64,000 nt of DNA, taken from assembly GCA_904420205.1 (NCBI GenBank), contig CAJFUN010000023.1, positions 129,409-193,408 of the forward strand, read 5' to 3'. Positions 30,679-40,123 of this stretch are shown piece after piece. Source of the DNA: Candidatus Parachristensenella avicola. Lineage in GTDB: Bacteria; Bacillota; Clostridia; Christensenellales; UMGS416. The position numbers and the translations under genes are program-made. How positions within the stretch are numbered: position 1 is the stretch's first letter; each line of letters starts with the position of its first letter. A model generated the notes under the pieces. It was not told where the DNA came from. It made no database searches and saw nothing but the letters and a program-made list of their open reading frames with translations.

Positions 30679-31788
30679 GTGGATAAAGACAACCAGGTGG
30701 ATGCAACGGCATACCGGCGCGGGCAAAGCGACCGAATTTTGCTTCTAGGGCAGATGGCTGCGGGGATTCTGCATGATGCCGGAAACCAGATGATGCTCAT
30801 TCAGGGAGCGTTGGGGTTGGCCCAATATGCGCCAGGCGACCCCAACTATGGCCCGACCATGAAAGCGGCCCAACAGGCGGCCGATACGGTGGGGGAATTA
30901 TTGAAGGAAATCCTCTCTTTTATCCGTCCGGAAAAGGGGCGAAATGATCCGAGGGCAGGCGTCTATGGCGACGATGAAATCATGATGATGCTGCCGCTCA
31001 TCCGATCTTCCTTGGGTGGGCGGATCGAAGTGCTTGACCAGCTGAATTCTGAGGATGACCGGATCCATATTAGTGCAGTGCAGTTTCAAAACGTGCTGCT
31101 GAACCTCGTGGTGAATGCCCGTAACGCCATGAAAGGCCAGGGCGTCATCGTGCTGAAGACGGAGAACCTTATGCTCGAGGGCAGGCCCTTTTGGCGGCTG
31201 ACGGTGCAGGACGATGGACCTGGGATCCGTCCCGAGCAGCTGGATAGCATTTTTGAACCCTACTTTACGACCTCAGGCAAGGGCCATGGTTTGGGGCTGA
31301 TGCGCTGCCGGCTGCTGGTAGAGCAAGCAGGCGGCCATATTGTAGCGGAAAATGGGCAGCCGCGGGGCGCATGCTTTACGATAACGTTGCCTGTCATGGA
31401 GGAGCCGCTGGCGGGGAAGGAGGAACCTGAGCTATGTTTAGGCTCCGGCCGCATTGCGATCCTGATGGCCAAGGAGCATCAGGATATGGTTTCCAGCATG
31501 ATCCGGGCGTTGGGCTATACGCCGGTGAACATGCTGGGGCTGATGGATCTCAAGCGCTTGGAACATGATCCGGTGCTTTTGGTCCTGATGGATGAAACAA
31601 AGGCGTTGAGCTCATATCTTAAGGCGATCCCGGCGGACTGCCCCATTTTGGCCATCGGCCAGTTCGATACGGTTATGCGCCAGCCTGATCCCCGGGTTCG
31701 CATGGTGGAGCGGCCCGTTACCCTTTTACGGCTTTCGCACCTGATTCGGGACATCGTGGGCTTTGAGCCGGAGGAGCGGCAGCCATAA
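30679..31788 (+). CDS. Cytoplasmic histidine kinase with degenerate C-terminal receiver-like domain
   Basis: GQMAAGILHDAGNQMMLIQGALG, QFQNVLLNLVVNARNAMKG, DDGPGIRPEQLDSIFEPYFTTSGKGHGLGLMRCRLLVEQAGG. Proposed start GTG 30679 has SD gggaagg; the listed ATG at 30655 has none. Confidence 0.8.
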   Translation: MDKDNQVDATAYRRGQSDRILLLGQMAAGILHDAGNQMMLIQGALGLAQYAPGDPNYGPTMKAAQQAADTVGELLKEILSFIRPEKGRNDPRAGVYGDDEIMMMLPLIRSSLGGRIEVLDQLNSEDDRIHISAVQFQNVLLNLVVNARNAMKGQGVIVLKTENLMLEGRPFWRLTVQDDGPGIRPEQLDSIFEPYFTTSGKGHGLGLMRCRLLVEQAGGHIVAENGQPRGACFTITLPVMEEPLAGKEEPELCLGSGRIAILMAKEHQDMVSSMIRALGYTPVNMLGLMDLKRLEHDPVLLVLMDETKALSSYLKAIPADCPILAIGQFDTVMRQPDPRVRMVERPVTLLRLSHLIRDIVGFEPEERQP

Positions 31789-31807
31789 TACCGCTGGATA
31801 GAGAGAA

Positions 31808-31830
31808 GTCGGCGTGTGCCGGCTTTTTTA
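31808..31830 (+). terminator. Intrinsic terminator
   Basis: AAGTCGGC-gtgt-GCCGGCTT followed by TTTT. Confidence 0.7.
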
Positions 31831-31940
31831 TGATGAAAAAAGAAATTCGCTTAGGCGGCGCGCGGGGGCGCAAGGTAAGGCTTGAATCAGTATGCGACCA
31901 ATGGTAAAATGTGAAAAGAAGCAAAGGAGGCGAATCATCT

Positions 31941-33146
31941 ATGATTCCAACACTAGATCAGGTGAAGGAAGCAAAGGCAAGCTTCCCAGCCTGGATCCAG
32001 CATACGCGCCTGCTGCCGGTGCAGATCCCCGGCTGCGAGGCGCAAAGTTATGTTAAGACGGAATGTTTGCAGCGCACCGGCGCCTTTAAAGTACGTGGCG
32101 CCTATAACCGCATGCGGATGCTCACCGAGGAGGAGAAAAAGGCGGGCGTTATTGCCAGCTCAGCCGGTAACCATGCGCAGGGCGTGGCGCTGGCAGCCCG
32201 GGAGATGGGGATCAAGGCGACCATTGTGATGCCGCAGTTTGCGCCGCTGTCCAAGGTTAACGCCACCCGCGCGCTGGGCGCGGAGGTAGTGCTCCACGGC
32301 GAGATTTATGACGACGCATATGCTTATGCATTGGAGCTGGAGAAGACCACGGGCGCGACTTTCATCCATCCCTATGATGATCCCATGGTGATCGCCGGCC
32401 AGGGTACCATTTCGCTGGAGATCTTTGAGGATCTGCCCGATGTGGACGTGATCTTGGTGCCGGTGGGCGGTGGCGGCTTGGCCGCCGGCGTAGCCATGGC
32501 GGCGAAATCCATAAATCCGCTGGTGCGGGTATATGGCGTGGAGCCTGCCGGGGCAGCCAGCATGAAAAAGGCCCTGCAGGTGGGGCATCCCGAACCCCTT
32601 GAGGCGGTAAAGAGCTTTGCCGATGGCGTGACCGTACGCCGGGTGGGCGATACCAGCTTTGCCATGTGCAAGCAGTATCTGGATGGCATCCTGACGGTGG
32701 ACGACGATGAGACGGCCGCGGCCATCCTATGGATGATTGAAAAGAATAAAATCGTGATGGAAGGCGCAGGCGCGCTGCCGGTGGCTACGCTGATGCATGG
32801 TACGCTGGATTTTTCCGGGAAAAAGGTGGTAGCTGTCGTATCAGGCGGCAATATTGACGTGAACACCATCAGCCGGATCATCGAGCGCGGACTCATAAAG
32901 ACTGGCCGCCGCACCACGCTGGCAACCACCGTGCAGGATCGGCCAGGCCAACTGGCCCGCTTGGTAGAGGCGGTCGCCGCTCAAGGCGTCAACGTGCTAT
33001 CCATTAACCATGACCGCAACCGCAGCCGCCTGGAGCTGGGCGAGGCCCAGGTAGAGCTCGTGCTGGAAACCAACGACCGCGACCACATTGCCCGCATCAA
33101 GGCTAGCCTCGAAAAGCTGGGTTATGAAGTGGAAGAAATTGATTAG
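31941..33146 (+). CDS. ilvA: Threonine ammonia-lyase (threonine dehydratase), PLP fold plus C-terminal ACT domain
   Basis: [45 protein letters not shown]-terminal ACT-like [26 protein letters not shown]. Confidence 0.92.
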   Translation: MIPTLDQVKEAKASFPAWIQHTRLLPVQIPGCEAQSYVKTECLQRTGAFKVRGAYNRMRMLTEEEKKAGVIASSAGNHAQGVALAAREMGIKATIVMPQFAPLSKVNATRALGAEVVLHGEIYDDAYAYALELEKTTGATFIHPYDDPMVIAGQGTISLEIFEDLPDVDVILVPVGGGGLAAGVAMAAKSINPLVRVYGVEPAGAASMKKALQVGHPEPLEAVKSFADGVTVRRVGDTSFAMCKQYLDGILTVDDDETAAAILWMIEKNKIVMEGAGALPVATLMHGTLDFSGKKVVAVVSGGNIDVNTISRIIERGLIKTGRRTTLATTVQDRPGQLARLVEAVAAQGVNVLSINHDRNRSRLELGEAQVELVLETNDRDHIARIKASLEKLGYEVEEID

Positions 33147-33159
33147 GAGAAACGCTACG

Positions 33160-33546
33160 ATGGAAAAGAAAATTGTTGCTACGAACGCGGCGCCTGCCGC
33201 CATTGGCCCCTATTCCCAAGCCGTGATCCTGGGCGGTATGCTCTATACCTCCGGACAGATCCCGCTGGATCCCGCCACCGGTGAGGTGGTGACCGGTTCC
33301 ATTGAGGATCAGGCCCATCGCGTATTCAAGAACCTGAAAGCTGTTTTGGAAGCGGCGGGCACCGACTTTGAGCATGTCGTCAAGACGACGGTATTTTTGG
33401 CGGATATGAACGACTTTGCCGCCATGAATGGCGTGTATGCTCAGTATTTTACCGGCGCTTTCCCGGCCCGCTCCGCAGTGCAGGTGGCTCGGCTGCCGAA
33501 AGACGTAGGCTTGGAGATTGAGCTGATCGCCCAGATCGATGAATAA
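33160..33546 (+). CDS. ridA: RidA family reactive intermediate/imine deaminase
   Basis: [36 protein letters not shown]...[22 protein letters not shown]. Confidence 0.95.
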   Translation: MEKKIVATNAAPAAIGPYSQAVILGGMLYTSGQIPLDPATGEVVTGSIEDQAHRVFKNLKAVLEAAGTDFEHVVKTTVFLADMNDFAAMNGVYAQYFTGAFPARSAVQVARLPKDVGLEIELIAQIDE

Positions 33547-34231
33547 GCCGCTCATTGCGGTGACGGCCGGTCATGAGTATGAGGATAAAGGGGCGGGCCA
33601 GGCATGCCTTGGACTGCGTTATATCCAGGCCGTAGAGGATAACGGGGGGATTCCGGTCCTGACCAGCGGCCGGCCGGAGCTGGCAGAAGCCCTTGCAAAG
33701 CGCGTGGACGGCCTGCTGCTTTCCGGCGGGTGTGATGTGGATCCCGCGTGCTTCGGACAACAAAATCGTGGCGCGGGCAAGGCGGACGTCCGCCGGGATG
33801 CTTTTGAGTTAGCGCTGTGTCAGGCCATGATCCGGCTGGATAAACCGGTCCTGGGGATATGCCGGGGGATCCAAGTGCTGAACGTGGCCTTGGGCGGCAC
33901 GCTGATCCAAGATATTCCCTCCTGGCTGGGCATGGATCATCCAAACGGTACCGGCCTGCGCCATGAGGTGCAAATTGAGCCGGGATGCTTCCTGACGCCG
34001 CAGCTGCAGGGGCGGAGGCGTGTGAATTCCACCCATCACCAAGCGGTGGACAAGCTGGGCGAAGGCCTCCGGGCAGTCGCCTATGCGGAAGCGGGCCGCG
34101 TGATTGAAGCCATTGAAGCGGAGGATGGGCGCCCGGTCTGGGGGGTGCAGTGGCACCCGGAACGGCTGCGGGAGGAGGATCCTGCCATGAATTCTATCTT
34201 CCAAAAGCTGATACTGGCAGCTGGCGTGTAA
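33539..34231 (+). CDS. Class I glutamine amidotransferase-like (gamma-glutamyl-gamma-aminobutyrate hydrolase family, C26)
   Basis: [64 protein letters not shown]. Confidence 0.92.
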   Translation: MNKPLIAVTAGHEYEDKGAGQACLGLRYIQAVEDNGGIPVLTSGRPELAEALAKRVDGLLLSGGCDVDPACFGQQNRGAGKADVRRDAFELALCQAMIRLDKPVLGICRGIQVLNVALGGTLIQDIPSWLGMDHPNGTGLRHEVQIEPGCFLTPQLQGRRRVNSTHHQAVDKLGEGLRAVAYAEAGRVIEAIEAEDGRPVWGVQWHPERLREEDPAMNSIFQKLILAAGV

Positions 34232-34248
34232 ACGTAGAGAAATGGCAA

Positions 34249-34289
34249 AAAGGGCCTTTGGCCGCCATGGGGCAGCCAAAGGCCTTTTG
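34249..34289. terminator. Bidirectional intrinsic terminator
   Basis: GGCCTTTGGC...GCCAAAGGCC with flanking A and T tracts. Confidence 0.7.
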
Positions 34290-34302
34290 ATATGCCTGCG
34301 TG

Positions 34303-35337
34303 CTACAGCCGAAGGATATCCGACACCAGCGAATCGACCTGCTGCTGTGTGGTCGCCCAGCTGGTACAGAACCGAACCAGCTGGCGGCCATCGGGCAGTG
34401 TCTGCCAGGGTTCCCAGACATATTTGGACTGAAGGATAGCAAGCTGGTGCGCGGTCAGGATAGGAAATTGCTGGTTTGTATAGGATGGGTACCCCAGCGG
34501 GATCCCTTTTTGCTCCAGCGCGTTTCGGATCGCCAGGGCATATTCAGTGGCCTGGCGGCAAATGGTAAAATAGAGCCCTTGGGTAAAGAGTGCGTCAAAA
34601 GCAAGTCCCACAAGCCAGCCCTTAGCCAGCATCCCGCCGTGTTGCTTGATTCCATAGCGGAAGTCCGCCTTTAGGGCATCGTTCACGATGACTAAAGCCT
34701 CGCCAAGCAGGGCGCCGCATTTGGTGCCGCCAATATAGAAGAGGTCGCAGAGGGAAGCGACGTCAGCCAGCGTTAAATCGTTCACCGGACTGGTCAGCCC
34801 ATAGCCGAGACGGGCGCCGTCGATGTATAGCATCAGGCCCAGCTCACGGCAGCAGCGATATATGGCCGCCAGCTGATCCCGGGTATAGAGCGTGCCGCAT
34901 TCAGTGGGCAGTGATAAATAGACCATGCCCGGCTGCACGGTATGTTCGCGGGTAGGGCTGGCGTAATGAGCCTGACAAGCCTCGCGGATCTGCCGCGCGC
35001 AGAGAAGGCCGTCCTCGGCGGGCAGGGGCAGCACCTTATGGCCGGTGGCCTCGATGGCCCCTGTTTCGTGGCAGGCAATGTGCCCAATATCAGCTGTCAT
35101 CACGCCCTGGTGGCTTTTAAGGCAAGCGGCGATGGCGATAAGATTGGTCTGCGTACCGCCCGTTAGAAAGTGTACGTCCGCATGGGGTTGCCGGCAAGCT
35201 TCGCGGATGCGAGCCCGGGCACTTTCGCAGCAATCGTCCAGTCCATAGCCAGGATGCGGTTCCATATTGGCCGCGATAAGCCGTTCGAGGAGCTGCGGAT
35301 GGCAGCCCTGTGCATAGTCGCATTGAAAGTTGATCAT
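34303..35337 (-). CDS. Low-specificity threonine aldolase/beta-eliminating lyase family
   Basis: MINFQCDYAQGCHPQLLERL...GYGLDDCCESARARIREAC, HFLTGGTQTNLIAI, HIACHETGAIEATGHK, YIDGARLGYGL, DLFYIGGTKCGALLGEA. Confidence 0.9.
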   Translation of the reverse strand: MINFQCDYAQGCHPQLLERLIAANMEPHPGYGLDDCCESARARIREACRQPHADVHFLTGGTQTNLIAIAACLKSHQGVMTADIGHIACHETGAIEATGHKVLPLPAEDGLLCARQIREACQAHYASPTREHTVQPGMVYLSLPTECGTLYTRDQLAAIYRCCRELGLMLYIDGARLGYGLTSPVNDLTLADVASLCDLFYIGGTKCGALLGEALVIVNDALKADFRYGIKQHGGMLAKGWLVGLAFDALFTQGLYFTICRQATEYALAIRNALEQKGIPLGYPSYTNQQFPILTAHQLAILQSKYVWEPWQTLPDGRQLVRFCTSWATTQQQVDSLVSDILRL

Positions 35338-35503
35338 TTCTATCCTCTCTGTCGCAGTGTTCCCTACCATCCTACGGCTAGGGCGCGGCACTGTCAAGCT
35401 GGAGCGGATATCGCCAAATCAAAATATCTTGCAATTTTGTCATGCGCGGACAGCCGGTTTTAGGTATACTATGGCTGTAGGTGGCTGCAGGGAGGTGAAA
35501 ACG

Positions 35504-36514
35504 ATGCTATTTTTCCTGACTTTAGCAGGAGGGTGCCTGGCGCTGTTCGCTATTTTGCAGTGTATAGAGCCTCGACGCCTGCTGAACGGTATGGTTTTCA
35601 CCTGTTCTCTGGGATTTTTGCTGCTAGCTATGCTGGCGCTGGTGGGCACCTTGGGCGGTGGCATCGGTATATCCGTTGTGCTGATTGGAATTGTGCTGCT
35701 ACTGCCCCTGGCCTTTTTAGCGGCAGGCGTGGCATTAATTGTGAACGGAACGGTTCTGATGCGGCTGGAGGGCCGCCGGCTGAGGAACCTGCTTTCCATG
35801 GCGCTGGGCTTGATGATCCTCTTTTTTATGCTGGCACTGGCTGCATACCCCCTGCTGGCTCGCTATCGGACGTCATCGGCGGCGCTGGTGACGGTGCTGG
35901 CTTTTCTTGTGCTGTATTTGTCCTTCCTGTTCATCAGCTATTTGGCCGGGGCAGTATTTTTCGCCCTTCCACCACCCAGGCCCAATCAGCATTTCCTGGT
36001 GGTGCTGGGCTGCGGCGTAAAGGGGGAACGGGTTCCGCCGCTGTTGGCCGGGCGCCTGGATAAGGCGGTTCAGTTTTACTTCCGCCAGGCACGGCGCGCG
36101 CAGCCGCCCTGCCTGATTGTTTGCGGCGGCAGAGGGGAAGGAGAAGATATCCCGGAGGCCGAGGCCATGGCGCGATACCTGAGGGAGAAGGGAATCCCGG
36201 AGGAGGATATCCGGCGGGAAGATCAATCCACCAATACCTATGAAAACCTGCGGAACGCAAAGCGTATTATGGATTCTTCCATGAACCGGTACCGGTGTGC
36301 GCTGGTGACCAGCAACTATCACCTGTTTCGTGCGGCGCTTTTATCCAGGAAGGTCGGAATTCGGCGATGCAGGGGACTGGGGAGCCGCACCGCGGGCTAT
36401 TATCTACCCAACGCCTTCCTTCGGGAATTTATCGGCGCGTTGGCCATGCATAAGCGCTGGCATCTCGCAGTCTGCATTATGATGGCGCTGACGGCGCTGG
36501 CAGCAATGGGCTGA
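35504..36514 (+). CDS. YdcF/DUF218 (ElyC/SanA) family membrane protein
   Basis: FLVVLGCGVKGERVPPLLAGRLDKAVQFY...LIVCGGRGEGEDIPEAEAMARYLREKGIPEEDIRREDQSTNTYENLRNAK. Confidence 0.9.
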   Translation: MLFFLTLAGGCLALFAILQCIEPRRLLNGMVFTCSLGFLLLAMLALVGTLGGGIGISVVLIGIVLLLPLAFLAAGVALIVNGTVLMRLEGRRLRNLLSMALGLMILFFMLALAAYPLLARYRTSSAALVTVLAFLVLYLSFLFISYLAGAVFFALPPPRPNQHFLVVLGCGVKGERVPPLLAGRLDKAVQFYFRQARRAQPPCLIVCGGRGEGEDIPEAEAMARYLREKGIPEEDIRREDQSTNTYENLRNAKRIMDSSMNRYRCALVTSNYHLFRAALLSRKVGIRRCRGLGSRTAGYYLPNAFLREFIGALAMHKRWHLAVCIMMALTALAAMG

Positions 36515-37086
36515 TGCGCCAGAGAGAGGACAAAGTGCGGAAAACGATCTTATATATTGGTATGAGCCTGGATGGTTATATTGCTGACGATCAAGGCGGC
36601 GTCGGGTGGATGCGGGGAGACGGCTCCGATCCGGGAAACCCCGGGAGTTACCCGGAATTCCTGGCGTCAGTGGATACCATTGTGATGGGCTACCATACTT
36701 ACCGCCAGATTATAGACGAGCTATCGCCGGATCGGTGGGTATATCCAGGCAAGCGGTGCTATGTGCTAACGCACCGCCCGCTGAACGATATCGGCAGTAC
36801 GACGTTCGTGCAGGGCGATGTGGGGCGGCTGCTGGGTGAGCTGCGCCGGCAGGATGGGTCGAATATCTGGATATGCGGTGGGGCAGATATCGTTCACCAG
36901 CTACTAAGTCAGGACCAGATTGACATGTTCTGCATCAGTGTAATACCAGTAATATTGGGAACGGGGGTCCCTCTTTTCGCTCCGGGCAGACGGAGACAAC
37001 TGCTTCGCCTGCTTTCGACCCGCTGCTATAATGGAATTACCGATCTATGGTATGAAAAGCGCCAGCCTATGCCGGAAGATGAATAA
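36514..37086 (+). CDS. Dihydrofolate reductase family/RibD C-terminal-like protein
   Basis: KTILYIGMSLDGYIADDQGGVGWM, DTIVMGYHTYRQI, CYVLTHRP, NIWICGGADIVHQLL. Confidence 0.9.
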   Translation: MRQREDKVRKTILYIGMSLDGYIADDQGGVGWMRGDGSDPGNPGSYPEFLASVDTIVMGYHTYRQIIDELSPDRWVYPGKRCYVLTHRPLNDIGSTTFVQGDVGRLLGELRRQDGSNIWICGGADIVHQLLSQDQIDMFCISVIPVILGTGVPLFAPGRRRQLLRLLSTRCYNGITDLWYEKRQPMPEDE

Positions 37087-37123
37087 AAAAAGGCCGCGCC
37101 TACAGCGCGGACCTTTTTTATTA
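37086..37123. terminator. Bidirectional intrinsic terminator
   Basis: AAAAAAAGG-CCGCGC-ctaca-GCGCGG-a-CCTTTTTTT. Confidence 0.7.
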
Positions 37124-38542
37124 TGCTTCTTCCCGGCCTTTGTCACGGCTTCGCTCGGAAGGCTTTTCTTTCGATTTATCCTTCCCCTTTTCCGAGGATT
37201 TCTCATCGCTATTCTCTGGCGGGGGCGGCAGGCGGGTTACGATAGCCCACTCCACGCGCCGATCGGTCAGCTGGGTGACATGGATTTTTAGGCCAAAGCA
37301 TTCGACCTCGGGCTGGCTCCCATCCTTAGGAATGGTGGTCAGCTGACTGAATACTAGGCCGCCCAGCGTATCGAATTCCTCATCCACCGGCAATGAGATC
37401 CCTACCGTTTCCGATAGGACTTCCAGATCCACTGAACCGGAGACACGCCACTGGTTCTCGCCAAGAGGCTGAATATCTTTTTCCTCCTGCGGGTCGAATT
37501 CGTCGTAGATATTGCCGACGATCTCTTCCAGCAGGTCCTCCAAGGTAACCAAGCCGCTGGTGCCGCCGTATTCGTCCACAACGATGGCCATATGCACTTT
37601 TTGCGTCTGCATTTCGCGGAATAGCACGTCAGCATGGACGGATTCCGGCACGAAATAGGCGGGACGAATGATTTCACGTAGCGGCTTAGGCTCCGCCAGC
37701 CGGTTGTTTAGCAGGTATTCGCGGGTGCTGACGATACCGATGATGTCGTCAATATCCTCTTTATACACCGGGAAACGGGAGAGACCGGTACGCTCGATGG
37801 TCGCGATGATCTCCTCCGGCGAATCTTCCACCCATAGGGCGGTAATATCGGTGCGGTGCACCATGGCATCTTCGGCGTTCATGTTGTTGAACTCGAAGAT
37901 GTTCTCAATCATTTGTTTTTCGTTGGTTTCAATGGTACCCTTTTCTTCGCCAATATCCACCATCAGGCGGATCTCTTCCTCAGTGACCTCTTCCTCCTCG
38001 TCATTGGGGTTAATCCCCATGAGACGGAGGACGCCCTTGGTCGATACAGAGAGCAGCCACACCACAGGCTTTAAGACGATCGAGAGGAAGCGAATGACGC
38101 CGGAGGCCATGCGGGCGACCGCGTCGGATTTTTTCATGGCGACCTGCTTGGGCACAAGCTCGCCCAGTACCAACGTAAAGTAGGATAAAATCAGGGTTAT
38201 GAAGATAACCGACAGCGTATTGAGTGTGGATTCCGGGATCGCGGTGAAGTGCTTTACGTCCACCAGCCAATGGACCAAGCGGTCGGCAAAGTTGTCGGCG
38301 GCAAAAGCCGAAGCTAAAAAGCCGGCCAGCGTGATACCAACCTGGATGGTCGAAAGGAACGCGGCAGAGTTCTCCACCATGCGCAGCATCTGGGCAGCCT
38401 TGCGGTCGCCTTCCTCAGCCTGGCGGCGCAGGCGGTTCTCGTTTAGCGAGATCACAGCGATTTCGGTAGCGGCAAAGAACGCGTTGATCGCGATCAATAC
38501 CACTTGTAGCAACAGTTGACTCCATATTGGGTCAGGTGGCAA
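37121..38542 (-). CDS. Hemolysin-family (HlyC/CorC, CNNM + CBS pair) protein
   Basis: INAFFAATEIAVISLNENRLRRQAEEGDRKA..., CBS region HRTDITALWVEDSPEEIIATIERTGLSRFPVY, CorC_HlyC C-terminus. Best start is probably TTG at about 38542 (SD aaaggggg). Confidence 0.88.
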   Translation of the reverse strand: MPPDPIWSQLLLQVVLIAINAFFAATEIAVISLNENRLRRQAEEGDRKAAQMLRMVENSAAFLSTIQVGITLAGFLASAFAADNFADRLVHWLVDVKHFTAIPESTLNTLSVIFITLILSYFTLVLGELVPKQVAMKKSDAVARMASGVIRFLSIVLKPVVWLLSVSTKGVLRLMGINPNDEEEEVTEEEIRLMVDIGEEKGTIETNEKQMIENIFEFNNMNAEDAMVHRTDITALWVEDSPEEIIATIERTGLSRFPVYKEDIDDIIGIVSTREYLLNNRLAEPKPLREIIRPAYFVPESVHADVLFREMQTQKVHMAIVVDEYGGTSGLVTLEDLLEEIVGNIYDEFDPQEEKDIQPLGENQWRVSGSVDLEVLSETVGISLPVDEEFDTLGGLVFSQLTTIPKDGSQPEVECFGLKIHVTQLTDRRVEWAIVTRLPPPPENSDEKSSEKGKDKSKEKPSERSRDKGREEA

Positions 38543-38717
38543 GCAATATTCCCCCTTTGTCAGTCGAAGAGATAAAAGTGACAATATAAAGTATATCATA
38601 GATGCCGTGTTTTTTCCACTGGTTTTTGAATCTCCAGGTGAATCGGCTAAAATTCCCATTGGCTTTTTAATCTTGTTCATGTACAATGAAGAAAACGCTG
38701 AGAAAAAGGAGCCGACG

Positions 38718-39248
38718 ATGGAAATCATCAATATGCTGGCCTTATGTCCCCGCCAGAAGCAGATGTGCGCGCAGATTCTGACCGATGCACTGCCGCAGGG
38801 ATGGCCAACCCTAGCGCAGGCTATGGAGACCGTCAAAGAGCTAGATATACCCCAGAACTCTATTTTGGCCATTACAGAGGGGGACGACGTGATCGCTTGG
38901 GGCGGTATCATGCCGGACTATGACGGACACGTATTTGAGATCCATCCCCTGGTGGTGCGGGCTGACAAAAGGGGAAGCGGTGTTGGCGCTATGCTCATTA
39001 CCGCCCTGGAGAACGTAGCCCGGGTACGTAGCGGCCTTACCATTATGCTGGGCTGCGATGATGAGACGTTTGCCACCAGCCTTTCCGGCTGTGACCTATA
39101 CGACGGCCTTCCGGATAAGATGGAGCGATTTGACAGCGGTAGCCATGCCACCGGCTTCTACCGCCGGATGGGGTATACGGTGATTGGTGTGATTCCCGAT
39201 GCCAATGGGAAGGGTAAGCCCGATATTCTGATGGCTAAGCGGCTGTAG
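38718..39248 (+). CDS. GNAT-family N-acetyltransferase
   Basis: HPLVVRADKRGSGVGAMLITALENVARV...SHATGFYRRMGYTVIG. Confidence 0.88.
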   Translation: MEIINMLALCPRQKQMCAQILTDALPQGWPTLAQAMETVKELDIPQNSILAITEGDDVIAWGGIMPDYDGHVFEIHPLVVRADKRGSGVGAMLITALENVARVRSGLTIMLGCDDETFATSLSGCDLYDGLPDKMERFDSGSHATGFYRRMGYTVIGVIPDANGKGKPDILMAKRL

Positions 39249-39255
39249 AGAAGGC

Positions 39256-39285
39256 TTGATTCCCACGCTGACCGCGTGTTATACT
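39256..39285 (+). promoter_or_regulatory. Sigma-A-type promoter for the methyltransferase/kinase operon
   Basis: TTGATT (39256-39261), 18 bp spacer, TATACT (39280-39285). Confidence 0.7.
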
Positions 39286-39314
39286 AACTTCATATCATAG
39301 TAGGAGGTTCACCT

Positions 39315-39326
39315 ATGATCGGTTGA
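39315..39326 (+). CDS. Putative regulatory mini-uORF (Met-Ile-Gly-stop)
   Basis: ATG ATC GGT TGA preceded by a strong SD AGGAGG at 39302-39307; located at the base of an attenuator stem. Confidence 0.6.
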   Translation: MIG

Positions 39327-39455
39327 TCTTTTCGCTGCATCGGGCCCGTTGCAAGGGCGTTGTTTGCCATGCCGGAAAGATCAAGACGGAAGCCTCCTGT
39401 TCCTATCAGGGGTTGTTTTGCGTCCTCTTTCCGGCAGGGAAAGAGGACTTTTTTT
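39323..39455 (+). promoter_or_regulatory. Transcription attenuator leader (P1 stem / antiterminator / terminator)
   Basis: P1: TTGATCTTT (39323-39331) with AAAGATCAA (39376-39384). Antiterminator: TGCCGGAAAGA (39370-39380) with TCTTTCCGGCA (39426-39436). Terminator 39422-39455. Confidence 0.8.
39422..39455 (+). terminator. Intrinsic terminator within the leader, immediately 5' of the methyltransferase SD
   Basis: GTCCTCTTTCC (39422-39432) pairs with GGAAAGAGGAC (39438-39448), followed by TTTTTTT. Confidence 0.93.
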
Positions 39456-39466
39456 AGGAGTACAAA

Positions 39467-40123
39467 ATGAAACTGGAATATATGGGCGCGTTTTTCGACG
39501 CGCGGGTCGATGAATACGAGGCGCATATGATGCAGCATGTGGACGGGGCGGACCGGTACTATGAGGTGACAGCGCAGATGCTGCCCCTGCGGCCCAAGAT
39601 GAAGCTGCTGGATCTGGGATGCGGGACGGGACTCGAACTGGAGGCGATCTTTCGCCGCCTACCGGAAGCACAGGTAACGGGGATAGATCTATCGGAAAAG
39701 ATGCTGGAAAAGCTAAGGGAAAAGTTCCCGGAAAAGCGGCTTACCCTATACCAGGGCAGCTATTTTGACCTGCCCCTGGGGGAAACGGCCTTTGACGCGG
39801 TGGTGTCGGTACAGAGCCTGCACCACTTCACGCCAGAGCGTAAGCGCGGGCTTTTTGAGCGTATCCGCCGGGCGCTGCGGCCGGGCGGGATCTTCGTGCT
39901 GACCGATTTTGTCGCGCCCAACGATGCGATAGAGGCGCGGTGCTTTGCCGAATACGCGGCCCTGAACGTTCAGGAACCGGGCGTATATCACTTTGATACG
40001 CCGCTGACAGCAGAGCATGATCTGGCGCTGATGGCGCAGGCCGGGCTTGATGAGCCGGCGCTTCGGTGGCGCGAGAAGAATACGGTGGTCATGACGGCGA
40101 AGCGGAGGGATGAGGACGCATGA
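39467..40123 (+). CDS. Class I SAM-dependent methyltransferase
   Basis: KLLDLGCGTGLELEAIF...VTGIDLSEKMLEKL...FDAVVSVQSLHHF. Confidence 0.93.
   Translation: MKLEYMGAFFDARVDEYEAHMMQHVDGADRYYEVTAQMLPLRPKMKLLDLGCGTGLELEAIFRRLPEAQVTGIDLSEKMLEKLREKFPEKRLTLYQGSYFDLPLGETAFDAVVSVQSLHHFTPERKRGLFERIRRALRPGGIFVLTDFVAPNDAIEARCFAEYAALNVQEPGVYHFDTPLTAEHDLALMAQAGLDEPALRWREKNTVVMTAKRRDEDA

Noticed and set aside
31830-31940. T-box or riboswitch upstream of the threonine dehydratase
   Set aside because: The leader is short, with only a -35/-10-like pair (TTGAAT...TAAAAT) and an SD; no T-box motif.
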